Assembly: GCA_001662655.1 (NCBI GenBank)
Contig: KV460266.1
Length of the DNA stretch: 64,000 nucleotides
DNA from: Pseudogymnoascus verrucosus
Lineage: Eukaryota
Strand: one strand, 5' to 3'
In this document: positions 1 through 11,959 of the stretch, piece after piece
Position numbering within the stretch: position 1 is the first letter of the stretch
Layout of the letters: every line of letters begins with the position of its first letter
The notes under the pieces: model-generated
The model's database searches: none
Told to the model about the DNA's origin: nothing
Seen by the model: only the letters and a program-made list of their open reading frames with translations
Translations under genes and position numbers: made by a program

Positions 1-3000
1 CGTCAACCCCGACTCGAAGGACATTAGTGGTCGCACACCGCTTTCGTGGGCGGCAGAGAAAGGGGATGCAGCGATAGTTGAGTTATTACTCGAAAAGGAC
101 AAAGTTAGCCCTATTATTAAGGATAGGAATGATCGAACGGCGCTGTCATTAGATGCATCAAATTCCTTCCACCAAGGTACTCTATCAGAACACTCGGACA
201 CGAACGAGAACGCTCCGTTGCAACAAGAAGTACTTCGCCAGGGGAAGTATGATGCGCCCGAGGAGGTCCAAAATGCTGCAGATATAAAGTGGTAAGTAAC
301 TTCTCGCGCGTCTTAGCTCTAGTTCGAAAACTAAAGAATTATTTAGGAGAGATCCGGCTCCACAAGGACAGATCGTTACAGTAGGCCCGAACTCTATTGG
401 AGCTACTTCTGAGCCTGCACAAAGCATATTCTCGTCTATTCCGGATGATATAGCCACAAATTATTCTCCAGCATCTAGCGTCGATATGGAAAACTACGTA
501 GCCGACCTAGCCCGTGATCTGTTCAGCAAAGTTCAGTTCAAAGATTTCGATCGCCAGATTATGGACAGAGTTCTTAAGAGTCTCCCGGATCTGCTACAGG
601 CTTTTGCTCTTAAAATTGGTCACAATACTGATAACCCAATGCATTGGGATGTGATGTACCTTGTACATAAACACCGCAGGTAATTTCTATATTTCATTTC
701 GTGGATACTAATCTGAGACATTATGCCAATAAATAATAACTCCAGGGAGATTGTCACACATCTGAGAAGCCTTTACTCTTCAAAGGAGGACATTATTCCA
801 GATACTCAGGCGTCCTACGTTGATAGAAGTGGCTACACAAATGATTGGGTTCAAACATCGGTAGCCTCTTACGGGGCGGAAGAAATTGATCCAGATCATA
901 GTGGCCCTGTATCTACCATACTACCTGATTCCCACGTGGTAGAGAGTGAGGAGGAAGACGAGGCACCCAAACTACCTCCAGAATACCAAGATCTCATCTA
1001 CAAAGCGCCAGCATACGAATGGCTTATTTCTAGCCTGCTCCGGGAACCTCTTCTGGTCCAAGCAAAACCAAACAAAATGGATGCCGTTAAAAAAAAGATA
1101 ATGAAGTCGTTGCCCTCATCACACAGGGTCAGCAAGTGTCGGCCTGCAGAAGCTTATGTAACAACCTTTGAGGTCATTTGGGACCCAGTCGCTTTTGTCA
1201 AGGAACAGAAGTACGAGGGAGAACCGGATGAGGCCATTGAGATAGCCCTTACTCTGACAGGGACCGCGAAAGATGCTCAGGCTCTTCCCTGTGGGCAGTA
1301 TCTAAAGCAGATTTGGGGAGCGTCTGGGGAGCACGTCATTCGCTTGGTCAAAGACGTGGTCCGAAGTGAAAATTCTCGATGTACACGTGAGTAGAAGCTC
1401 TTTCACTTATGTGATAATAATTCTGCTACTAACTATGGATTGTAGGCATATTACCCGATCGCACCAAGCTCACAGCATGGATGGAAAAGTCAAAATTCAT
1501 GCTGGAGGCATATGGAACAGGAGAATCGGTCGCAGAGATTGGCCAACAACTTGCCTGGCTCGGAGCCGCTCTTCGCTCATCTCCATATGAGGTCGGAGTT
1601 GGGTACTGCACACCTTCCGTCCTCTGTCAGTCCCAGCCAGATCCACAGAGAAATTCTGTGTACATTGCGCGCTGCAAGATCAACTTTCAAATGGAGAAAC
1701 CACTGACCCAGGGCAAATCCGGGAACGGCCAATGCTGGCAAGATATGTTCAGAAATCCGCTTGCTGTCAAGGGCTATCCGATATTACGAAGAGTTGAGCC
1801 TGAATTAGGCCTTGAAATCCCACTAAATGCTATTGCGGCCTTGGCTCAAACAAAGTGGGTAGACACGTTTGATGGAAAGCTCTTCATTAAAGGCTTTTCG
1901 ACTATGCTCTTTCCGACAAAGCGAACTGGAGATCTACTGATATGGCACCATCTCTTTCACAATGACGGAAGCCGAATGTCCTATCTAGATGCTAACATAC
2001 CTCACTTGGAAAACGTATCTACTTCTACCTTGGAGCAAGTTCGGCATGTTGTTGGCTGGCACTTAGAGGTCAAAAGTTATGCTGGTAAGACTCATTTGAA
2101 ACCAAAAAAAAGTAGAACGACATTGACAGATTTGTAAAATAGGGGCTGCAGACGCCACTTATGATGTGATGCCATCCGGCTTGCCAGGACCTCATGCGGG
2201 TTGTGCCTTAGAGAAAGTCTCTATCTCCGGCGGAAAATTCGTCACTGCCGGTGTTTCAGTTGGCATTGGGGTCAGAGACAAACCAATACACGTATCGCGA
2301 AATGGGTACGTAGACAAGCTACAGTGGATCCACAAGAAATATGTAGTTTTTTGGGACGAAGAAGACAAGCGTGGCTGGCTAGTCAATGGTACCAGCGCCT
2401 TACTACACCTGCTTCGTACCTCGTTGAGACTCAACACTGTGGATGATTTCAGTTTCGCACTTTTGTGCAAGCCTGAGGATTTGAAGGAGGCCTCCACTCC
2501 ACATACGACTAAGTCTGCCATCAGAGTTCTGATGGATGAAAAAAATAAGGCCCTGCCAATATACGTCGATAAAGTGGACACATATGAGGAAGAGACGACG
2601 AAGATCGATGGAAACTCCCTCCCTGAAATCCCTGAGAAGGTTATAAAGAAGAAAACGACATATGTTCGCGTTGTCGATCGAATTGAACGCCTTTACAACG
2701 TCATCGAGAAGATAATCGACCATCAAATTGAGATTGAAGGGCAGAGTGGGGTGAATATGAAAATCAGGGTACGGAGGCATCTCGAAGGCTGGGATTTTAG
2801 GGACTTGGCTGCTGATAACGACCCATACAAGCCTCATGTGGCCACGCTTCAAACGATAGGAAACGGCTGGGTTGATTTTACTAGAGCCATTCGCGCAATA
2901 ACGTTGTTTGGACGTGGTTTTGGCGAAATCATCCAGCCCTCAAACACCATCTTTTGCTCTCGATGGAGGGCATTGCCGAAGCACGGATACTATCTAGCTG

Positions 3001-3701
3001 TTTGCGTGTCTGACCTCAAAGAAATTATGCTCCAGCATGAAGGCGACGTGACAGCGATACCGCGGAAGCTCACTAGGGACATAACTTGGCGCAGCCCGGA
3101 CACGGCATTTGAGCCATGTAAGTGTAGAGGACAAACATTGAGAGAGCATTCCGAATTTGTTCAGGTCCCTATTCCATCACGTTTAAATCAAAGGTTATCT
3201 AGCAAACAAAGTACCACAACCTTATACCATGGCGGTGCAGTGGTTTTCGGTCACAACAAGAACTTCAATTTTTTCTTTCCAGATCAAGGTGATCCTGTGG
3301 AAGGACCACCTCAACAAATCAGAATGGAGACCGAAAGTCAATTTCATGATAGCGGTATTGGGTCGAATCAGAGTTCTTCCACTGCGGCCGAGAGCGAGCC
3401 AGCAACTTCCATTGCCCAGCAATTATCAAATGATTCTCCGGCTGGCAGAATGTCTCCTCAGACCGCTCCTCCATCAGCTGCGCCAGCTGCACGGGACATG
3501 TTCGTCTCTTCTCCAACGGCACTCGCCATTCAATCGAGTCAGGGCTCTTCGATCGCAGCTGTCAATGAAGATTCAGCAACTTCAAGCGCTCCTCAATTAG
3601 CTTTAGGAAACCCCCATCAAACTCTCACCCGACGTAAAAGAGTATATGATACGTTCCTTTGGGGGAATAGGAACTCTGAAGGTTCTTCAAGCCGACAATA
3701 G
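1..3701 (+). CDS. 3' part of a multi-exon ankyrin-repeat / 'Pfs-domain' (NLR-like) protein, 5'-truncated by the window edge
   Basis: Frame 2 from base 2 reads VNPDSKDISGRTPLSWAAEKGDAAIVELLLEK (ankyrin repeat). Introns at about 292-346, 680-745, 1387-1445 and 2085-2142 join ORFs 486, 723, 1481 and 2166. The C-terminal region WDEEDKRGWLVNGTSALLHLLR is typical of fungal Pfs/ankyrin proteins. Confidence 0.75.
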
Positions 3702-4450
3702 TCCAAAGGGCAACATGTAGCGCGGACAACTGCGGTGAGGACAGAAATGTTCTGTGTTAGTGTTGCCTTGGCCGCAGTGGAGAGTCGCCCTGCGTGTAAA
3801 GGTCAATTCATTCATCTGTTGGGACATATACTCCATTTGGCGGTGACGTCGAGAGTGGCGGGTTAGAGCGGCCTTGGTGGAAAAGGGCTTCTCATAGTGA
3901 ACAGAATCGACATAGCGACATCCGTGATGGCGAGAGTGGCGGGTTAGAGCATCCTTGGTGTCAAAGGGCTTCTCATGGTGCGCACAATCAATATAGGGAC
4001 ACGGATATAGCATCTTGGTTCTGGCAGGCCCACATTTTGACTTTAGACAGGTCCCGAAGGTTGCGTAATAATACAAGCCTCCCCTCTTGTGATTGATCTG
4101 ATGCCTCAAACAGGATCTCAGTCACGGCGGCGCGCCATGGCGGTAGCGTATAGTCGTTCAATTCTTTGGAGAGCTCCTGGGCTGCGTTGTCTTGCTCGAA
4201 CTTCAAAGTGGCTTGGTCAAATGTCTGACGAATCCCTACAGGTGCTCTCGCAGAATAAAGTGGCTATTTGTTCAACCTCTATCACACGCAGTGAAGTTTT
4301 GTGGAGAATCGTAGCTGTTGTCTCCATAATCAGTATACCGGCTATAATCCCATCTCTCGCTGCTGTCAGACTCATTCAGAGCGCCTATATCCACTCCTGT
4401 ATCTGAACGCCGGGACAGATTCTCGGTCTCCTGGGCCAGACTAATCAAGT
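3687..4450 (-). pseudogene. Frameshifted fragment with duplicated C2H2-like zinc-finger motifs; possibly the C-terminus of another DUF3435-type protein
   Basis: ORF 3687-4109 has CPYIDCAHHEKPFDTKDALTRHSRHH and a second copy HYEKPFSTKAALTRHSRRH. The overlapping frame 3988-4206 has YTLPPWRAAVTEILF, resembling captain C-terminal regions. No clean start; stops upstream. Confidence 0.4.
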
Positions 4451-4768
4451 GCTTCTATTTCACGGTGCTGCGACGGCATCAAAGGAGAAACGGAGTATTG
4501 GTTAGATTTGTAAGAAAAGACGTAATGGGAGATTGATTATTATATTCACAACGTATGTATGGGAAAGGCAGGACTAAAATCTTTAACCTTTAATTAAATA
4601 GCTGCCCTGCTTGACAACCGCCAATTGTGCCCGAAAGAAATGCATTTTCGATGGAACAAGACATCCCACGACAGAGACAACCTCGTTCTCGCAGCCTATT
4701 TCCCCTATCCCCTATAGCAAATATGTGACAGCAAATGACTGTCGCCATTTTAAATTAGATTCTACAAC

Positions 4769-6194
4769 CTAAATCGTCGGCGAGCAGGCAATAAAGGTCA
4801 TCGAGTCTCCCTGTCTCCTCTTCTTAGCTGGTAAAATGGCAGGATCAAGCCGGCTCTTCCTTCCACTAGCAATACTAGCACGTACTCCATCCGAGGTTTC
4901 GACAAAGAAGATGAGTGCCTTTGCGGCAGAGAACATTGAGAGTTTGCTAGGATCCGTTGGGTACAACGCCTCCATGACAGCCTTCCTGGCTGGGGAGAAT
5001 TCAGTGGCCGTAATCGGTTTCTGTAACTGGGATTCGTTCGAGGACGCGAGAATTTTCGAGGCTCGCGATTTAAACCATTCGGCCCTAAACTTGAGGTACT
5101 CTTGCCTTTTCAGGTTCTGCTTTCGCTGATCGAACTTTCTGTTGGAGTTATAAAGCTCCCTCTGAAGAGCTGCTATCTTGGTTGCGGAACCCTCAGCACT
5201 TGGCAAAGCTAATTCTCGGCGAACGAGTTGTCGAACGAGTTGTCGATTCTCGCCGATGGTTTGCAAATCTCTATCCGCCTGCATGATTCGTTCCCAGAGG
5301 TGGTCTGGTAAAGTTGGAGGTGCGCTCCGGTCTCTCAAGAGTCGCATACCTCTTACGTCGTCATCATCATCATCGTCGTCTTCATTTTTAACACGCGTTG
5401 CTCGACCTTTAAAAACTCTTTCAACAACCACAGCTGAGTGAAGTGATAGATATGACTTAGTAAAGACCGCGGAATTGCCTTGACCTGCGATTTGATTTCT
5501 CTGTGCAGATGATGTATTCGGATCCCCTGTTTATTTGTTACTTTCTACACGTATAACGAGACTAGGTTGTGTGACTTACCGTCTAGCTTGTTTAATACCC
5601 CTCGACGCACATTATATGAGGTCATTCTCTGGGGCCAGCCACCCTTTTTGCAGACTCTCTTCAGTTGTTGCAGCGCTGATCCTGATGACCAAGCCAAAGT
5701 CCCTGATATGCGAGTACTTCCGCGCTTCTCCATCAGACATGCTCGTTAAGCACTTTTGGTATGTTTGTTCCTGTCTCTTGATAGATCATAGCGCCTAAGT
5801 CTTGCAACTAGTTTTTCATTAAGACTTGTGTAGGCTTGCTTCTTAATGTGCCATTGCTAGTTTCAGCATACTAGGCTATGAAATTCTTTAGGCGACTAGG
5901 AGTTGGACAAGGAGACCCCCTTGCAAGACATTTCTCCCCGTCTAGGCCAATGTTCACATGGTACCTGTTAGGGTTAAACATGATACTTATCATGAACGGA
6001 TCTACTTGCTCGCGCCAGCGTTTCTCTAAGTAACGATAGGATTTAATTGAAGGCTATGTAAGCTGTTTTCGGTAAGTTTGACTCTCGAGCCTCTGTTCCC
6101 TGGCTAGAAGTTGGTCCTATAACGACCTGTCGACCATGGAATCATCAAAGCCATGCTCCTGAGTGTTTTGCAACTATGTCTGAAATGTAAACAT
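4769..6194 (-). pseudogene. Decayed DUF3435 tyrosine recombinase (Starship captain) with premature stops and an internal deletion
   Basis: N-terminal part from ATG 6194: ...LESQTYRKQLT*PSIKSYRYLEKRWRE / ...PTPSRLKNFIA*YAETSNGTLRSKPT...IYQETGTNIPKVLNEHV*. It jumps near 5735 to SYNVRRGVLNKLD|GDPNTSSAQRNQIAGQGNSAVFTKSYLS. Phase-1 intron 5579-5527 is at the same position as the last intron of the 58575 captain. The RPG and K catalytic block is missing. Confidence 0.8.
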
Positions 6195-6661
6195 GATGAC
6201 TTAGGCTGTTTTAGAAAAAACGGAATAAATTAAATCTTAGAATAAAGAGGTGTTAGAGGTGAGTGGTCCATGAACTAATGTCAGGAGGTTTTGGGCGAGT
6301 TGTCAATCAATCTCTGGACAATCAACCTCTAGACAGCCGATTTACCGTTTCTAGGATTTGGAAAGCTGACTTCTAACATTAGAAAACGGAGGACTTTATA
6401 TGATAATTGTAATACTTACTATAGTATTTGTCTACCTTACAAAGCGCTAGCTCGTGCATCTTCCCGTTTTGCGATGGCCGTGTACATTTGGCCGTTTCGT
6501 GTAGTAGTGTTGTTAGATAAAAGCAGCATTAGCCTTAGAACCGTTTACGTGATACAGCAATTGGTTATCAAGTTTCCATCAACAGAAATCTGAAAGTCGT
6601 TGCATTTAGCGACCATCTCCGACAGAGATGCCCAATTCTCTGTGAGCTGCCATCGCTTTTG

Positions 6662-7612
6662 CTGCCAAGACCACCACCAAACCGTTCCCCGTTGTCAGCC
6701 TTCCGCTTCCCTGTTCCCGCTCTAGGACCAATGCTGCTTTTACCTGCACTGCCTCAACGCCCACACTTCTCCACTTGTGGCGACCATTAAAGAGGCCCAA
6801 GAGCGCTTAAAAGCGGGAAACGGTTGGTCGATTTCCGAAATTTGCCTCGAGCCTTTCGAAAGGCCGCATCCTGTGTCTTCGATTATGACAGCGGCTTCCT
6901 GGAAACGGGAGATGGTTGGCTGGCTCCAGAAATTTGCCTGGGCCCTCCGAATGGCCGCATCCTGGCTATTCTCACGTTCCTCGAAACGCGAAACGGTTGG
7001 CCGATTTCCGAAATCTGCCTGGGCCCACTCGAACGGCTGCATCCTGTGTATTTGATCACGACAGCGGCTTCCCGGAAACGCGAAACGGTTGGACGATTTC
7101 TGAAGTCTGCCTCGGGCCTTCCAGAAGGCCGCATCCTGTGTCTTCGATCACGACGACAGCTTCATGGAAACGGGGGACGGTTGGTCGATGTCTGCCTCGG
7201 GCCTCTCGAGCGGCCGCATCCTGTGTCTCCGATCACGACGGCGGCTTCATGAAAACGGGGGATGGTTGGTCGATTTCCCAAAACGTTTCCTCGGGGCTTT
7301 TCCTCGGGGCTTTTTCCAAGGCTACATCACGGCAGCAGCTTCATGAGAACAGGGGATTGTTGGTCGATTTCCCAAAAATGCCTCAGGCCTCTGGAAAGGC
7401 CGCATCCTGTGTCACCAATGGCGACAGCGGCTTCATGGGGACGGGAGATGGTTGGCTGGTTTCGGAAATCTGCCTAGGACCTCTCGAATGGCTGCATCCT
7501 GTGTCTTCGACTTTATGGAAACAGGAGATGGTTGGCTGGCTTCAGAATTCTTCTTCAGGCTTCTCGAAAGGTCGGATCCTGCGTCTTCGATCACGACAGC
7601 AGCCAACAGCAA
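6662..7612. repeat. Family A element head followed by an imperfect tandem array (~9 units, ~82-92 bp)
   Basis: Recurring GGCCGCATCCTGTGTCTTCGATCACGACAGCGGCTTCNTGGAAACGGGAGATGGTTGG, with cores near 6866, 6957, 7039, 7131, 7216, 7402, 7494 and 7575. The head at 6662-6720 (CCAAGACCACCACCAAACCGTTCCCCGTTGTCAGCCTTCCGCTTCCCTGTTCC) matches the copies at 9.1, 22.6 and 58.1 kb. Confidence 0.9.
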
Positions 7613-7792
7613 CCTAAGACGCGTGAAAACAGTTGACTGGTTCCATAAATACTGTCGTGCCATCCATCGACTCAGCGTGGTCTCCCCCGAGTTCCTAAAC
7701 AACTTCGTTCGGTTTCCTACGGTTATACAACAATTTTCACTGCCCTTCTAACGAAATTCGCTGGACAATCTTAGCAACACATGCTATATATC

Positions 7793-8904
7793 ATGGTGTC
7801 GGGTACTAAAGGCGACGATCCTAGGGAAGTTGCAGAACGCAAGAGGCCATACTATGGTTCTCGAGGTAAGAATATCAACATTTGTATACTGAGCTGTGCT
7901 AACAGTACATAGTTGACAAATCGCCGCAAAAGAAGCAACGCCTTTCCTCACACATCGGTAGCTCTTCGCCCCGATTACCTCCCGAAATAATCATGCAAAT
8001 CATATCCGAAATTATAGACCGAAGAACCCTTCTAAGGGTTTGCCTAGTGAATCAGGCTTTTAAGGGCTTCCTCAGCATAGATTCTTTCCGTTCTGCCTAC
8101 ACTGAGGAAGTTAGGCGTGGAGAGTATACATCTGATAATGCGATCGACACTATTACTAAACACATGAAGGAACATCGAGAGGCGGCTCTGATGATTTTCG
8201 AAGTTACTTGGAAAGGTATGATCCACGAAGGGCAGTTGAAAGGTGCTGTTGCTTTCCTAAACCGCCTTGGTTATAGGCTGGATGAAGAAGATTTTGATAC
8301 AGTACTACTGTCATTGCGAACTATGTATGATACGGTTGTTCTAGGAACTTCATGGGACACCTGGGCAGCTGCGCTTACAGCAGCAGATTTCTTACACGAG
8401 GAATATCGAAATAATGACACTTCAAAGATGATACGAAGGATACGGCATGAAGCCGCTTCAAGGCGACGAGAAATAGTATGCCAGAGTATGTTACAAGTCC
8501 AGCAGGACAACGCCTTCTGTGTGTTAAAGGGCCTACGTCAATATTACGATCTAGAGTTGTATCGTGAGAAGAGGGATTCTGAAAAAAGGACGAAGATCAA
8601 TGACGCCTTAATCGAAGTTGTTCAGGCAATGCTCCGTCTTTCTATTCAGGAACATCAATGGGCCGAAGCCTGTCGTCAGGCATATGCACTATTGGACCTT
8701 AATGGAGACGTCGACAGTTACCTTCAAACACTCAAAAACATCTGTAGTCAGGCGATTTCGGAGGATCGGTGGGCGGATGCTATGGAAATAATGGGTTCAT
8801 TCAAGAACTATACAGATGTTGCAAAGGAATCGCTAGACAGCCTTCGAAGTCAGTGGTATGCGGCGGACGGGATAAGATGGACTTATGGAAACGCTGTCTT
8901 TTAA
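7793..8904 (+). CDS. F-box-like protein (paralog 1 of a tandem pair)
   Basis: ATG 7793, intron 7866-7912, then LPPEIIMQIISEIIDRRTLLRVCLVNQAF (F-box-like). Shares SAY..E.R.GE, FE.TWKG and TSW..WA.AL.AA with 9396-10729. Confidence 0.7.
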
Positions 8905-9112
8905 AGCCTAATATTATATAATGTGGACGAATTATAAAATAGTGCCATGTGCTCGATACCGTTGTTTTCTAGCCTCAGGTAGTTTTGAGCCTCTTGATAC
9001 CAGTCTATTTTTATCCCGAGACGCCCCTTTAATTCTTGCCGAATAGCTTAATCCGCTCTCTATGGTGATGGCCATAGAAGTTATTTCCAACAGCCGTAGT
9101 CGCTCTTGGCCA

Positions 9113-9250
9113 AGGCCACTACCAAAACCGTCCCCCGTTCTCGACCTTCCGCTTCCCTGTTCCTGCATCCTGTGTCTTCGATCACGGCTTCGTGGGAACA
9201 GGAGATGGTCGGCTGGCTTCGGTGCTCGGAGGGCCAGAGGTCAAGTAGCC
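9113..9250 (+). repeat. Family A dispersed element copy
   Basis: CCAAAACCGTCCCCCGTT...CCGCTTCCCTGTTCCTGCATCCTGTGTCTTCGATCACG...ACAGGAGATGGTCGGCTGGCTTCGGTGCTCGGAGGGCCAGAGGTCAA; near-identical to the reverse complement of 22530-22690. Confidence 0.9.
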
Positions 9251-9395
9251 AGCACCACTAATTCCTTAAATACTGTTGTGCCGTCTAACAATCTCATTAG
9301 TTTTAATGCGATATAAAACAATCTACATTGCCTTTCCGAATCCTGAATATACACTCCTAACAAAACCAAGTTACACCGTCTCAGAAGGAAGAACT

Positions 9396-10729
9396 ATGTG
9401 TGACAACGACCAGGCTGATCTCAAGGCAGTTGTGAAACGTAGGAGGTTAGGAGGTAATAGTATTATTATCAGCATACTAAGCTGCGCTAATAGTGCATAG
9501 AGAGCCCTATTAGGGATAATTTGTCCCTATTACCTGCTGAATTGAAGTCACAACTTTTCTTCGAAATTTCGGACCGAGAAACGCTTTTGAATCTTTCTCT
9601 AGTATCCAAGGTGTTTAGAGCTGTTTTTGATGGGAGAAAGAAGGAGTTTTTCTTCTCCGCCTACGCTAAAGAGTTTAGAAACGGAGAGCTTACGTATGAG
9701 GATGCAGCTACAGCCATCACTAAATATATAAAAGGAGAACCAAAAGCAGCTCTAATGCTTTTTGAAGCTACTTGGAAAGGCCTCTTCTATATATCTAAAG
9801 AAGAGGCTAAGCTTTTCGAAAAAGTTCTTCGCCGCAAATTAGCTACACAAGACTACGACACATTGCTTTTGTCACTATATAATATATACGACCAGAGTAT
9901 TCTGGAAACTTCATGGGGGGCCTGGGCAGGTGCACTTGGAGCAGCCGAACACTTAAGAAATCACTCTGATAAAGGAGAAATCCTTAGCATAAGGATGGAG
10001 CCATGGATACTACGCCAATTCGCTTCAAGACAGCAAGAACTGATAGGCCGGGGCGTGTTACAACTCCAGGAGGAACCTGCGATCTCTGTATTAATGGAAT
10101 TACGACGCTACCATGAAATACAGCGGCGTCGTGAGGAGGAGAGGCATCTAGAATGGAAGCATCTTGAAAGGAAGAAGAAGCACATCAACAACCAAGCTGA
10201 GGTGCTTAAGACCATAGTCCATCTTGACTTCAAGGCCATCCGGTACTATGATCGGGTTGATATGTTCCGACTAATAGCAGATTTTATGGTCCTCGAGAAC
10301 CAAGTCAGCCCTGGGCGCCATGCTGATTTCCATGGCGGGGTGCAGCGCATATGCGATCCCTCAACATGCCGTCATACTGCAGACGCCGACGATTTATTCC
10401 GCGTACTTGAAGAGATCTGCACTGAGCTTATTTTAAAGAATGACGATGACAACGCTTACTGTGCAATAAGTGTATTCGAGCGTATGCCACCGTACTATAA
10501 ACACATTGCTAAAGAACGACACAGAAGGGTTCGACGTATGTTCATTGTTAGGTGGGGGGACTTATTTGACGAGAGCGATGAGAGCGAGGACGAGAGCAAT
10601 GACAAGAGCAAGGACGAGAGCAAGGACGAGAGCAAGGACGAGAGCAAGGACGAGAGCAAGGACGAGAGCAAAGACGAGAGCGATGCATGGACGACAAGGA
10701 CGAGCGAGAACGAGTACGCGGACCTTTGA
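9396..10729 (+). CDS. F-box-like protein (paralog 2) with a (DESK)n tail
   Basis: Short first exon MCDNDQADLKAVVKRRRLG, an intron, then LPAELKSQLFFEISDRETLLNLSLVSKVF. A 12-bp GACGAGAGCAAG repeat spans ~10568-10685. Confidence 0.7.
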
Positions 10730-11959
10730 TGTGAAGACATTGCTACGGAACGACTAGAAAGCCCCTACCGGCAGGACCGGTGGCGTGGCAGGATGTGCAG
10801 TGAATCCGTAATTCCCTGAGGGCCTAGGTAGACGAATTATAAAATTTGCTGAAAAGCTGACGTCGCTTCTACCGCCATCATTCATTCAAACAGTCTCTTG
10901 ACTCAAACGCGTCATCCTTTCTCAGATCCCATGCAACGACCATAATCCCCTCATCCCCATCGTACTCTACATTGACTTCGTACTGCTCCATTTGATATTT
11001 GAATTCCCCACGTCCTAAATTCGGACTTCGTCGCCTATGCTGTATCGTACAATCCCGTTTGCCCACTAACCTCGTCAGCTCAGTCCTATGCTTCCCTTCC
11101 TCGAGACCAGTTCCGTTTCCGATTTGGCGATAGACTTCCTAGTATGGATTCGGCTCATTCGAAATCAATCCTAGTCGATCCGGGTGGGGGAGAACGCCCT
11201 GCACTCCCAGCTTTCAGACCCGCAACACGGCTGTATTGTTGGATAATCAGATTCGAAAGCTTAGAAGGCCATACAGTGGACATAGATGACAAGTATCCAT
11301 TATTTTACTCATAGAATGCCTGCTAATCCGACGAAATTGAAAGGGGAGAAATTTCTCACTACTATCTAGCTTCAACTGCTATTTAGCTACAATGTAAATA
11401 CCAACACGATCTCAGGGTTGATATTGAAAACTCTAATGACTACTTTTGCAAAACTTGAAAAGCATAATATGTAGATAAAACCTCCTCCGGGCCTTCTGCT
11501 AGAGTATTGTGAGGTAAGTCTAGTGAACTATACCAGACGTATCGTAGAGATATGTAGGCCATGGGATATTAGGATATAGTCATATATTTATGCCTAGAAC
11601 AACTCTTGGGATACTGTTTAATTGGAGTGTTTTGTCTGTAACCGCTGTCCCGCGATTTGGATCTCTCCACTCCGCACAGAGGTAGTGGTTCGCGTTGGTA
11701 GGAACTTACGCCTGGAACTATCCCACCTGGCTCACCGAGAACCCCCTGCAGTACGTACTCTAAACAATTGAACAATATAAACCACCCATTCCTTCCTATT
11801 GCCATCGCTCAGTCCGCGGTCTTCCATCCACCTGTCACTACAACCATTCCCTCCTATGCAAACCAAAACTAAACCCCCAACGCACAAATACCGCCCGCTA
11901 CTTCCACCTCCCGCCCGCCAGCGCGTTCATTTGTGCGCAGCAGCGCCTTTTCGCTCGGA

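Noticed and set aside
6740..7751. Many overlapping ORFs (e.g. 6916-7617), and a CRISPR reading of the array
   Set aside because: The ORFs are by-products of a repeat open in several frames, and the inter-core segments are homologous to each other rather than unique spacers.
10878..11300. Degenerate minus-strand coding-like stretch
   Set aside because: Interrupted by stops; no recognisable family.
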